Shown piece after piece: positions 23,652-35,982 of a stretch of DNA of 64,000 nucleotides (the stretch's first letter is position 1; each line of letters starts with the position of its first letter). A model generated the notes under the pieces. The model saw nothing but the letters and a program-made list of their open reading frames with translations. It had not been told where the DNA came from and searched no databases. The stretch is from Pelomyxa schiedti (lineage: Eukaryota; Protista; Evosea). The stretch is from assembly GCA_020536535.1 (NCBI GenBank), contig JAHLWZ010000123.1, forward strand, positions 1 through 64,000, read 5' to 3'. Made by a program: the position numbers and the translations under genes.

Positions 23652-24524
23652 TCAATAAGCGGTGTTTGGTTCTGTGCAGTTCTTTGCAAAGTGACCAGGC
23701 TTCCCACACCTGCAGCACCTTTTCTCTCCCTGTTGGCGCGCCTTCTTGGAAGGAGAGGGACAGTTGGCTGCAAAGTGGCCTTTCTTCCCACAAGAGAAGC
23801 ATACGCTCTGGGCTGGGCTGGGGCACGCGCTCATGACGTGGTCGTAGGCCCCGCAGGCGTGGCACATCTTCAGCTTTAGTTGCGCGGGGGCACGCTGTAG
23901 CGGAAGAGGGCGCCTGCCATATCTCGGTAGGGGCCGAAAACTGGGCTGGCGGGGTGGGCGGGCGTAGCCTCGCGGGAAGTTCCGCGGTTGGGGCGGGACC
24001 CTGAAGGGGACCGGGTGTCGCCTCGGGGGCTGCTGGGGCCTGAAGGGGGCCGGGCGGGTCCTCGGGGGCCTCCTGTCGGTCCGCGCTTCGATCCGCTGCC
24101 TTGGGGCCCGCTGTGCTGGATCGGCTGGGCATGGGCACGCCTCCCAGTCTTCTACCGGCGCGGCCGCTGGTGCCTCCGCCGCCTCGGGCTCCGCGTGCTC
24201 CTTCTCGGGCGCCCTCCTTCTAGCCCACGCGGTTTCCTCCCGCTTGGTTCGGACGGCCCCCCACGCGTCGTCCTGCTCTTCCTCCTCCTCCTTCGTCGCC
24301 TCCTGCTGCTGCTCTGGCTCCTCCGCCTCCAGCGCCTCCGCCTTCACCTTAGGCTTCTTCTCCTTCTTCTTGCCCTTGTTGTTGGTCGTCGCCGTGCTTC
24401 CGCGCTTCTCTGGCGGCGGAGGCGCCTCCATGGCCACGAGTTCGATTGCGTGTATTTCCTCGCACTCCTTGGGCGGCTCTTCCGCCTTCTGTTTTGCCGC
24501 TGCTCCCTTGCGTTTCCTGGGCAT
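23652..24524 (-). CDS. CCHC zinc-knuckle (x3) nucleic-acid-binding protein
   Basis: CHACGAYDHVMSAC, CFSCGKKGHFAANC, CCRCGKPGHFAKNC; charged Lys/Glu N-terminus and Pro/Arg-rich linker. Confidence 0.85.
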   Translation of the reverse strand: MPRKRKGAAAKQKAEEPPKECEEIHAIELVAMEAPPPPEKRGSTATTNNKGKKKEKKPKVKAEALEAEEPEQQQEATKEEEEEQDDAWGAVRTKREETAWARRRAPEKEHAEPEAAEAPAAAPVEDWEACPCPADPAQRAPRQRIEARTDRRPPRTRPAPFRPQQPPRRHPVPFRVPPQPRNFPRGYARPPRQPSFRPLPRYGRRPLPLQRAPAQLKLKMCHACGAYDHVMSACPSPAQSVCFSCGKKGHFAANCPSPSKKARQQGEKRCCRCGKPGHFAKNCTEPNTAY

Positions 24525-24651
24525 GGTTGTGGTGTTGTCGAACGTATGAATTTTTCTGGTGATTCTGGATTGTGAAAAACAGTTCGCGTTTTAACGGTGA
24601 GTTTTGTAAAGGATATCATCTATTTCTACAACAACAAAAGCCGTTGGTGGT

Positions 24652-27600
24652 TTACAATACGGAATGGGATGATGACGTGTTCGCGGTTGTGGGTGGTGGA
24701 GGGGCCCGGTGGAAAAGAGCGCGTAGTGACTCACCTCGTGCTTTTTTGGGTGGCACAGCCAGGCCTGGAGATGATGCAGTGTTGTTGTTGTTGTTGCTTG
24801 CAGTGGGTACCTTGGGGCGTTTTCGGAACAATGAATCTTCAGTGTTCTCCACAAAGAGCATGTTGCCAGATACTACGTGGACTCGTGCCTGCAATCCTGG
24901 TAACACATCCAGGTTTCCTAAGCTGGGATCCTTTTCAGACTTGTGCCGGTTACTGTGTGGTCAAGTTAGACTAATACCACTTGTAGATGATACCGTAGTA
25001 GGAATAGTTTGTGTTTCTGGGCAAAGCAGTCGTCCCGAGAGCACGTGGGAAGCTTGGTTACTTGATGTAAGCATGCGTCGCGATCAAACGAAACCTCGGA
25101 AACTGGCACAAACAGCGGCTGTGAGGTCAAGTCAACTAGACGAATCACGAGCTCCAGAGGGGCGTTGTTTCCCTGCTTCTCAGTAAATTGCAATTCACAT
25201 ACAATGTACTCAAACCCATGTGAAACAGAAACTGAAACAAGGATCGCTTCCAAGCAGATCAGCACAGCTGACATAGTATAGGGGTCCATGTTGAAGTGCA
25301 CCAGCTTGTTGATTAGCAGAAAATAGAGAGAGAAGTTTACAGCAGGTATCATTGGCAAGCAGTGAACGCAACTTTTGGGTGATGAGACAGAAATTGAGAA
25401 AGGAGAAACAAACAGTAGTAATTAGCCGTGTAACCAAATTCGGTAAAGTAAACAACAAGTGACAAGATGGACCAAAATACGATCGGCAATCATCTTCGAA
25501 AATAGATGGATCCAGACTCCTTTCTCGGATGCTGAAAATTGACTCGATACAGTAGTCGTATTTTTCAGCAGGAGTGATGTTGTGCCGTGGAAGATGGTAA
25601 TGTGAAGGTGTGAGCAAACACGAACTGGGTGCCTGGTATTGATTGGAGGAGAGATTGAGGGCCAGTGCCAGGCGGTCATACAGGATCTTGTTCAAATTAG
25701 AAGATTACAAGGGAGTCTCCCTTAACACTCACCTGGTACAAACGGAAAAACAGATAGAAAGACGTATTGCCATAAAAAAATTGTGGTGAGCTACATGGCA
25801 AATCGAGATTTTCAGGATTAACCCCAATAAGGGGAGATAAAAATTTACTCATAAAGAGGCTCATCTTTATTGAAGTAAGATGACGGAAAGGAAGGAGGCA
25901 CACCTTTTCTCGTTCTACTTCTTCAATTGACTGTTCTGGAACTGAGAGTATCAATTTGGCGATGTCGGTATGGATTGAGGTCAGTGGCATGGTATATTTG
26001 AGAAAGCCAATATTGTTTGGTTGGACATTGCCAGTGGTTGAAGGGGGTTTGCCCACTTTGTCAGACGTGGCAGAGGTTTCTCCATTGAGGATTTCTGACA
26101 ATAGAAACTTGGGACTTATGGCCTTGCGTTCGGCAACTTTAAACGAGTTTGTGGACTGACTTAGTGACTTTGTTTGAATTTTGTTGCCAACTGTCCGCAG
26201 GTATTTGCTATATTCCGACTTGGCTCGATACCACTCCTGATCTTTTTGTTTGAGTCGTGAAAGTACTACAGGCACTGCAATGTGAGGGTCCGATGTCAGA
26301 AATTGCATAATGGCTCCCCCATGTTCGCCATAGAGACGTAAAATCGCTTTTTTCCCAAGACCTGCGAAGTAAATAAAAGTTTGATAGAGCTAAATGTAGA
26401 AATACCACTTATGGCATCTGGGTCAAGCTTGTGAGAGGCGGCAGCTTCAGTTGAGAGTTCTGACAGCTTTCTACTTATGTCCATAAGAACTTTAATAGCA
26501 CTTTGGGTCTGTGCAACATTGAGATCATGCTCTAACCTGGGATACCATTAGAGGGAACTTGAGCCATGGAAGTTACAGTTCATCTTCAATTCTTGACACT
26601 GACTCTCCAGGGTGTTTGTGCTGGTTGTGCCTGGCGACTTCTTCACTCCCTTTAGGTTGTGATCTCCATTTATCATTAAGGACGGACTCATCAAGTGCTG
26701 TCCTACCAGAACACTTTGCCTAATAAGGTTAAACTAAATTCTTCAAAAATTGTTGCTACCGAAGAGGGGCTTGCCAAGTAGCTGGGACCAGATCGCGGAC
26801 TGTCTGATCCCCAGCGCACAGTAGTTTGGGGTGGATGAAGTTCTTTACTATGTGATTTTCTTTCCTCGGGTGATTGCAATCCAACACCTACCAGAATTAA
26901 TTACGAAAATGAGGAATGCGGACTACCGTTTGAAGGTCCGTGGGAAACAGCTGGAGATGGAGAAGGGGATGGGGCTGCAGTAAGATGAGGCGAGGAGACA
27001 GGTGATGGCGCCACTGTTGGATGCGACGCGTGTTGGTGGACAGAGTGTGATGTCTGATGTGCATGATGTGCATTCTGCTGTTGTGAGGCGGGTGGGAGAG
27101 GTTGTGGCGTCAGCTGTGGTGATGCTTGTGTAATTGGTAAAGACGCTTGTGGATTGTGAGAGGGGTGAATCGTTACAGGTGGATGCAACATCGTTTGTTG
27201 TTGTTGCATCATGAGCATATGCTGGTGATGGTGTGGCAACGCATGTTGGTTGGGTACGGTCTGTTGTGCTCCTTGTTGTGCTGGTTGATGCGGGTGTTGT
27301 CGGTGTTGCGCCGGGAGTGGAGGTGATGGTGGGACAGAATTCATTCCTGGTGCATTTACTCCTATGGCTGGACTATGCGGTATTCCAGATGGTTGTTGTT
27401 CGTTGTAATCAATGAACTGTTTAAAGGAATCAAGTAATGCCGGGTTCGAAGCAAGTATATCCTTGGTAAGAGACACAAGTTCCCCTTTTGTCAAAACTTC
27501 TTGCGCAAATAGACTTAGGCATTTCAAAAATTCGTTGTACAGCAGTGGAGGCAATGCCTCCTTAATCCTGGAAAGAACAGCTGAATCCTCAACAGGTGCC

Positions 27601-30600
27601 ATTGCATCCATTGCACCTTCTTTGAGTAATCAGTGATATGCTTGACTTTACTACAAACCAGTACCAGGCGCCATCTCTGAGATATCTTCTTTCGATTCGA
27701 AAGGCCTCCTAGAATCATCCCTCTTCGCTGGTCGTTTAGGTCTGCGTCCAGACTTGCTCTTGTTATTCGACTTGGAAACAGAAGAAAGGCAAAGTTACCT
27801 GAGCTTTCTCTTCATGGGATCGCTTTTGCTTTCGTGCTCTTGGGGGAATTTTACGTTGAGGGGCACTGACAAGCTGTTCTGGTTGCACTTGCTAGGATAT
27901 TTCATGTGAAAAGCAAAGACGACGGAGGAGGAAACCTCAGGCAAGAACATAGAAAAGTCATCTAGCAAGTCTTGATGCTCATGAAATAGGGAGGCAACTT
28001 GTTCATACACATCCTTTATAGTGAGATGCTCTTCATGATATTTATGCAAAATTTGAAGAAACTCCTTATAAATGTTTGGTTGCCCTGCAAAACGGTTCTT
28101 GTTTTTTATCAGTAAGAAACTTGACAAAATGGATGCCACACTTTGATTTTTTTAACGTAGTTCCTTGCTTCATTAATTTCTGGGGCCTTCCGTTGTTGGA
28201 TTTCTGTGTCTTCAATTCGAAACCCCGACGGTAAAAATGTGTTGAATATGCTCACAAGACTTGGATGCCCTTGAAAAAGTTCCTTAACTTTGGTGATTAC
28301 ACCTGGGGTGTCAATGCTGTTTTGTGGGAAAAAAGGGTGTCATGAGGAAATAGTCCCAGAAGAGTCAATATACTTTTGGTTTTTGAATTCTTTCATAACA
28401 TCCAAGAACTGATTGTACACCACAGGATTATCAGAAAACTGTTGTTTGACTTGGTCTAAAAAGTCTAAGGCACTTTCATATCGCATATTGCCCACCCGAA
28501 CTGTGCAGGGTTACTTTGACTGCAATAAAAAGCTTTTACCTCCACAACTTGGAGCAGGTTGACTGCCTAACAGTGGACTTCCCTGCATCACTCCCGAAGT
28601 AGGAGTACTTGGTCCCATGTGGGGGGACACTGCGGAATGAACACCAGAAAGGGGAGGTAGTGTGGGAGTACCCATTGCTAAAGTATTTGCGCTGCTCATT
28701 GCAAGGTCAGGACCAGAAGATGGCAAGCAGTTAAGAAGCTGACGGGGAGGGTATTGTTGTAAAGAGGAACTTGGAGTGGGCAAGGCTTGCATGGAAGGAA
28801 CTGGCTTCAATCAAACTATTAGTCACGTGTCTAAAAAGTTAAAATAAACCTGGGAAACTGCAACGGCTCCAAGAGCTGGTGAGTGTTGTGGAGTTGACAA
28901 TAGTGTTGATGCGGGAATTAGATGCGGTGAGTTCAACAAAGCGGCATTATTCAGCTGGGTGAGACTTGGTATGTGTTGGTACGAGTCATGGTTGAGTAAG
29001 GTGGTTGAAGAGGAATCAGAGATAGTAGTTAACACCCTGGGCACTGTAGTCTGGACAGGGAGTGGGGGGTTAATGATGGGTGGGATGTTTTGTGAAGTGG
29101 ATTTTGAGACTGGAGCAGGCGTCGGAGTTAATGCTGTAGCAGGAAGAAGTGACAAAGGTTCTTGCTCATCTTCAGAATTGCCATCAGAATCCTTCATCTC
29201 ATTTGACTGATCCAGAGATGCAATCTGAGCCGCTTGCGGCGCAGGGGTAGTGCTGTGGTTTTGCACGGATTTTAGATCAGATGTAATTGCACCATTTGAT
29301 TGCAGGTCGTTATTGTTTGACCACGTGTTATTTAAAAGGGTTGGAGATATCTGGGGAGGAAACCCAGAGGGTAATTGGGGTATCATCATTGGCGTAGTAC
29401 TTGTTGGTATGGGTGTGGGAGGGGTGTTTTGACTGACGACTTGGACAATATGTGAGATGTGGTTTGAAGGCGAATGAGCATGTGTACCAAGTGCTGAATT
29501 TATGGATGGAAGCTGTGGTGGAACGGGGGGTGAGGGTGTTATCTGTGGAGTGGGCATTTGAGCTGGGCTCAACAGTGATGTCATTTGTGTGGCTGTTGAA
29601 ACAACTGAAGGTGTTGTTGAGGAAGGAAGAGTGTTCGAAGGGACAGTAAGTTTGGGACTGGGCACTGTAAGAGAGTGTGCTGCATGTGCGGAAAGAGGAG
29701 AAGGTGGTGAGTGTATTTGTGGAGGTGTCGATTTGCTTAACGGAGTTGTTGACAAAGATATAGCTGGAACATCCACACAGTGTAACAAAGGTTCTATGTT
29801 TTCTGAAGGCAATGGCCTGGAAATCTGGGTGGTATCATGTTCGGTTTCTATTGGTAGAGTACTATGTACTTGTGTGGTGGGTGACTTCACTTCAGGCTCC
29901 AGAGGTAAGGGTGTAGTGGTTGTTGTTGTGGCAATGACAGTGGCAGGAAGTAGAGAAATTGGCAATGGAGTAGTTAGTGATACATCTTCCATGCCAGTGG
30001 GAATGGTATCCAAGTTCATATCAACAGTTTGGGGAAGAGGCTCAACAAAATTGTTTGCAGCCCCAGGCTCTGTGTTAGTAGTATGCAGGGAAGCCAGCAG
30101 TATTTCCCCGTCCTCTTCAGGCGGTGATCGTTGTGAACCAGAGGATGTGAGTGTTGACAGAGCATTGCCCCCTAAAACAGGAAGGTTTGGGGTCACCACA
30201 GGAGCTACTGATGAGGGGTTCAGATCAAGGGACTTTTCAGCAGAAGACGGTGGAATATTGATGGGAAGATCAAATGACTTGGCTTCTTGCCCCATCACAG
30301 AGTTGAGATCAAAAGAAGAATAAGGTACAGTAGCCTGCTGTTCCATTCTACGTGGTGATGGTGTATTCAGTGTGACATTATTGTCGGTTGTGTTGGTTGG
30401 TGCATTTGTAGGAAGTAGATCAAGTGGCGATGTGGAGATAGGTTTGCTCAAATCTTGGTTCTGCTCAGAAAGAGGTAATGGAGTCTGGTTTAATTGAATG
30501 TCATCTCGCTGCCCTGCAAGTGGACTTAGTATCGAGTGTTGTGGTATAGAATTGCTTGATTGATGGAGTTTGGGTGATGGGTGCTGTAAAAAAAGAGAAG

Positions 30601-30841
30601 ATGATGTAGGATAAGTTAGTTGCTCTATTTGTCGAGGGGGGGAAGCACTGTGGGACTGAAAGAGAGGCGCTGCCGGAAATGATGTGGGTGGTGGGGAATT
30701 CTGTGTAACAGGTTGATTTACAAACTGTGGCTGCTGATTAACTGGTACCTGTTGTGGAAATTGTGTGTATTGGGGGATCCTTTGCCCCGAGGTTGTATGG
30801 GGGCTGTCTGCAGTTCTCACAAAAGAGGCGTTACTGTCCAT
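24652..30841 (-). CDS. SIN3: Sin3 transcriptional corepressor, multi-exon (5' end may extend further)
   Basis: PAH1 [34 protein letters not shown]2 [24 protein letters not shown]3 [18 protein letters not shown]-like [54 protein letters not shown]-terminal [13 protein letters not shown]. Confidence 0.92.
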
Positions 30842-31410
30842 AAATAGAGACCCACTTTCGCCTTTACTTGATGAAGGAGAAGGAGGGAACTGTGCCGAGA
30901 ACGGGCTAGATGCGTTGGTGGTGTTTGCCAGTTTTGAGGAGGCAGTAGGAGAAGGTGGTGGAGACTGACTCTATTGTTGTTCCAACTCTGTCGAAGATCC
31001 AGAAGGGGGAAAAAAAAAAACCGCGTAAGTGGATTGTTGCACCACCACGTACGGCAGATGTATGTATCGTTGGTTTGCTATTTGTTGTGGTTTTTGTGGA
31101 GTGGGAAAAAAAAAAAAAAAGGAGATCTACCACTCGCCCTGTGGGAGTAGGAATGAATTGTGACAGATGTGCCGGGGGATGATGTCGCGTGATCAACCGC
31201 GCTCACGCAACAGGTTGATGGCTTGTTGCTACAAACAAAAAAAAAAAAAAGCAGCTGCGCAACTGCTTTATTTTTCCTGTTCTTCGCGTTTCTTTTTGCC
31301 GATCTGCTATCTGCTGGTCCTCTCCGTCCGAATCACCTCGGGATTAATTAAATTGCAAAAAAAAAAACTCCAAGCATCGTCGTACTCGTACACGGGAGCT
31401 GCGTTGGTCT

Positions 31411-32971
31411 ATGGTCAGCGTGGACAAAGCCCGCCTGCTGTTGATCGTTGCGTTTGTCAACAGCGCCTTGCTGTTATCTCTCGGCTGGTGGTGGTTCTAC
31501 AGCACCCCCGGCGTATCCAGCCAGGGCCAGGGCCAGGGCCGCGGCCCACCCCCGCTCCGCCAAGACCAATCCAGCACGCCCCCCGCGCCCCCGCCGCCCC
31601 ACGAATCACCCCAGGAGAGCAAGGGCGGCGGGCCGGCCGCGGCCTCCTCGGGCGGCGCCGGGGAGGTGGCGGAGGAGCCGCCGGGGCCGGTGGAGGACGA
31701 GGACCCCTGGGGGACGTTCTGGCTCAACGAGACGTGGGCGACGGACGAGGAGCGGGTGGACTCCACGGTGCAGCAGCTCCTCAGCGCGCCCCGGGACGTC
31801 CTGCTGGTCCACTGCATGTGGTCCTCCCGCGGCGCCGCGATGAACAAGCTGTCGACTCTCGCGCCAAAGGCTGTCATTGCAACAAACCCTCCCGACAGGG
31901 CTGGAAGGGTATGCGTATAATATATGTATTTCTATTTCTCTATTTTTACCCTTCTCTTTCTTGGTCTTGTCTCTTTGTATTCTTATGTTCTTCGTCTTTC
32001 TAGTATTTTTCTTAATGCTTCTATCTCAATTGGACCCATAACCGCAGCGCCACTACCTAATACCTAATACCTAACCACGGTTTGTCCTAATGATTTACAA
32101 GGTTCGATTAGTTGTGTGGTTGGATGCATCTGATGGTACATATAAATACCCGTGGTGGGAAAAGCACCCCAACTTGGCTCCCATTCGAGGACTTGGCGTT
32201 GTATTACCGTGCAATGTTACGTACCTTGCCCAAGGCACCCCAATGGAAAACTATGTAGGCATGGTCAAGAATGTATCTAGGCTGGCTTTCAAGTCTGATA
32301 TTATCAGAATTCTGGTTTGTACCAATTGAATTTATTCAGGTCCATACCTGTATTATGTGAAAGCACCATTTGCACGCCATTTTGTTCTTCTACTTTTGCT
32401 CAGACCTCCTTTCTACACAGATTCTCTACAAGTTTGGAGGAGCTTGGTTTGACAACGACGCTCTATTTCTGAGAGAAATCACACCCCTCACTGACGAGGT
32501 CAAAAATTTTGCATACTGGTGGAAAAGACCTACCCGCATCAGCAATGGATTCATTAGAGTGGAGAAGAACAGCCCCGTGGTGAACGACATGATGGCCAGG
32601 TTATGATAACAAACAAAACCCCAACCAAGCAGTCCTGCTTACCCACAATTAGGATGATCAAGGAACGCAGTGCACATCCATCACTTGGCTGGACTGCATT
32701 TCAGAATGCCACCAAACACCCAGACTTCAAAATCGTAAGCATCAAGCTGCTTGACCCGGGGTGGATTCGTTGCTGTGGATTCTCGTTCAAGTGGTTCTTT
32801 TTGAACACAACATATGAGGATATGAGAAAGGTTATTGGAAATGCCTATATCTATCACTGGCACAACTTGTGGAAGTCCGTACCAGAGCCATATTCCCCTT
32901 ATATATACTTTGAGACTAGAGTTGAAAATGCTATCCAAACGAGGACTAAGTACCAGTGGGACTGGATTTAA
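31411..32971 (+). CDS. GT32-family (DxD sugar-binding) glycosyltransferase, type II membrane protein, multi-exon
   Basis: N-terminal TM helix and stem region; SDIIRIL|ILYKFGGAWFDNDALFLR; YHWHNLW. Confidence 0.85.
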
Positions 32972-33011
32972 GAAAAAAAAGATAGAAATCTTGGAATCTT
33001 TTTTTTTTTCC

Positions 33012-35730
33012 CTAGAACAACAATTTGTGGAAACCCACTGTGTGGTCCCTATTGATTGAGACAAACCAGTTATCTTCATGTGTATCAAAGTAGATTCCAT
33101 CTGTTCCGCCAGCTTTTTTGGTTTTGTTTGTGTTAGTTTGTTGTTCTATCTACACTTGAGGAACATACAAGGAAGGGAGAAAGTTTTCAGTATGGAACTG
33201 GGTTTCCTTTTATCCCACAAGTTGATATCAGTGGTGCATGTACCACAGGCAACATAGTTACCAGAAGCAGACCATCCCGGCCGGTTGTAGGAAGATAGTG
33301 AACTGTCTTGCTGTTGTTTTTAAGTTCAATGAGTAACCAAGTGAGTGACTATTTATTCACAATACCTTCCATCCCATTATTATTCCATTCTGCAGAGGCT
33401 GTTCCAAGCGGAAGTCAACTATACACAACTGATTTCGAGTTACGAGTTGGCTTATCAGGAAAAGGTTGGGGTCAGTGTTGTGGCTCTGGATTGAGGAGAC
33501 ACCACCATCCATGACCTTTTGCCAACGTACTGTCTGAACAGCTGAATCCCAGCAAATTATACGTCTGCCAAGAATTAGTGTTAAACATAAAATAAAAGAT
33601 AGCGAAACTTATCACGCCCTCCTGTGTACACATAACTCCCTTCAACTAAAAGGGCCTGAACTCCAGCAGTATGCCTAGAAAGAAGTGAATGCTCAGGTAC
33701 AAAAGGAAAATGTTGGTACTTGGTATGGACTGTCTCTCTTTTTGCGCTCTTCTCTCCACTAACAGTCCAAAGACTCTGTTTGGTCAGGGTGTGACTATGC
33801 TGTGGACAAAAGAAGGAAGAGTTTACCAGATTATGGCTTGTATCATTGGCAGTTGTGTAAAATTGGGTTGAGGAACGAGGTGCAAATTCAATGGCAGACA
33901 GTTTGCCACCACCCTCCGCAAAATGCCTGAAGGTGACCTGTTCATTGGTGGGACTTCGATAGTGGTGCATATTTATACTTGATTGTTTGATTGCAGAGTA
34001 ACGAGGATAACTTCACATGGTTCTTTCTCGCACTTCGACATAGCCAACCCAATGACTTTGCCATCATGAGACCAGGTGGATTGTGTAGCAAAACCATCTC
34101 CATTTGCCTTCATGAATTTACGCTTAGTGAGATCCACATTGCCATCTTCTGTTAGTCTGAGGGAGTATAAGAATAAACAGAAGATAATCTGTCTATTACG
34201 TTACTGAATCACCCTCATTGCCTTGAAGTGACCAAAACGCTAGTAGGCCATCACGAGCAGTTGTTGCAAACCGTGATGGGTCGGAAGGCTTCCGCACAAA
34301 GGATCGTAGTACCCTAGTGTGGGCGGGACAATACTGGTGTATTATGTTGATGTTGGCAGGATGAGAACAAGGCTCTCCCTTTGCAGCAGTTGGAGTTGAG
34401 AGTGCACGTGAAGCTGTTGGTTTCGGGTTGCTATGTTGCATTGCTTGTAGGGCATGTTGTTGTAGTTGAGGTGAAGGTTGGGTGGACTGTGTACAATCAT
34501 CAGTTGTGGATGGATCAGCAGGAAGTGAGTGCAACAACTGAAAAGCAGAGAGGTTCCATGTGAAGAAATTGTGTGGCAATACAGGAAGCTCCAGTGAGTT
34601 TCTATCCCCTTAAAATTGTAAGTAGAAATTCATGCTGGACAAGTATCACACCCTGAGGCAAAGCTTGGTTGACAAGGTCTCTACGACTTTTAAAGAGTTC
34701 ACAGTACTTGTCAAGCTAAGAATTTTCTTCATTAGCACACACCCAAATAAAAACAGAGAACGCAACCTCACCTTGTTTGCATGTTTTTCTATCTTCTCTT
34801 TGTAATGCATAAGCTTCGTCATGTGTTCACTTGCATCCACATCAGCCTTCAGCCTGCAGCAGTTGTTAGAACTAGCAACCCAATGTGGCCCATTCCATTC
34901 TGTGATGTTCCAACCCCCTCCTAGTCCGATCCCCCACTCCCATCCCATAATAATTAACAGTGACATTACCGTTTCGGCGTCGATGGGGACGGCCTTTCCT
35001 CGACACCCACGCGGTGTGCCTGTGGACTAGCCTGTGTAAGCTGGGTGTCTTCGTCACCGCCGCCGTCGCCGTCGTAGCTCGCGCCCGGAGCATGCGCCCT
35101 CTTCCCCAGGAACCCGATTCCGCATGATGATGATGATGTTGATGACGATGACGGTGCCGGTGCCTCGTCGTCGCTGCTGCTGCCCTCTGGCTTGGGGGGT
35201 GGGGCCGGCTCGGGCGCGAAGTGGTGGGTGTAGGCGTTTGGCCGCTTGGTGGTGGGGGGAGCCGCGGGGTTGGGCCTCCCTTTGTTCGCGGGCACCGCGA
35301 GGTCGCCGCCGTCGCTCCCTGGGGGCCGCCCCCTGCCGCCGGGCTGTGGCTGCCGCGCCCCGTGCACTGGCGTGCAGGGCGAGCGGGAGGTGGCGCTGGT
35401 GCTCGTGGTGCTCGTGGTGGTCGTGGTGCACGAGGTAGTCGGCGAGGAGGGGGGCGAGGGGGCCTGCAGGTGCGCGGGGAGAGGCGGCGGGCCCATGGGG
35501 ACTCTGGCCGCGCCCGTGGGCTGCGGAGAGGCAGAGGTCGTGGTTGCGGCTGAGGCAGAGGCGGGGCGGGAAGCCGGGTGTACCGTGGTGTCCCTGGTGT
35601 CTGGGGCTGGGGTGTTTGCGGTGGGGCTCGCGCTGGCGGATGTGGATTCCGTTGTTGTCGAGTTTTGCATGAAACCGGGGAGTGTCCAACGGGGAATTTT
35701 TATCGGTTGGTAACCCTTGTTGTCGGCCAT
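33012..35730 (-). CDS. WD40-repeat protein with a low-complexity N-terminus, multi-exon
   Basis: AHTRVLRSFV..RFATTARDGLLAFWSL; HTAGVQALLVEGSYVYTGGRDK; GNYVACG..DINLWD. Confidence 0.75.
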
Positions 35731-35982
35731 TGCTCTTAAGGGGCTCCTACTTGGGCCTACTCTTGTTTCCCTGACTTTGTGGTTTTTTTTTTATTGTTAT
35801 GATCTGTATCTGTTAGTAGTCTCAGACAACAAAACAAGGCGGCAACTTGTTGAGGTTCTCTGCGCATTTCTATTCGCCAACACCCAGTGTAGGAGAAGGT
35901 GGAGTCGGACCTGCATGAGTCCATCAGATTCTATTTTTGTACATCACAACCAGCTGAGATCATTGTGAAGATACCACCAAGC

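Noticed and set aside
23652-24524. Retrotransposon Gag
   Set aside because: CCHC knuckles only; no capsid, protease, RT or integrase, and no LTRs nearby.
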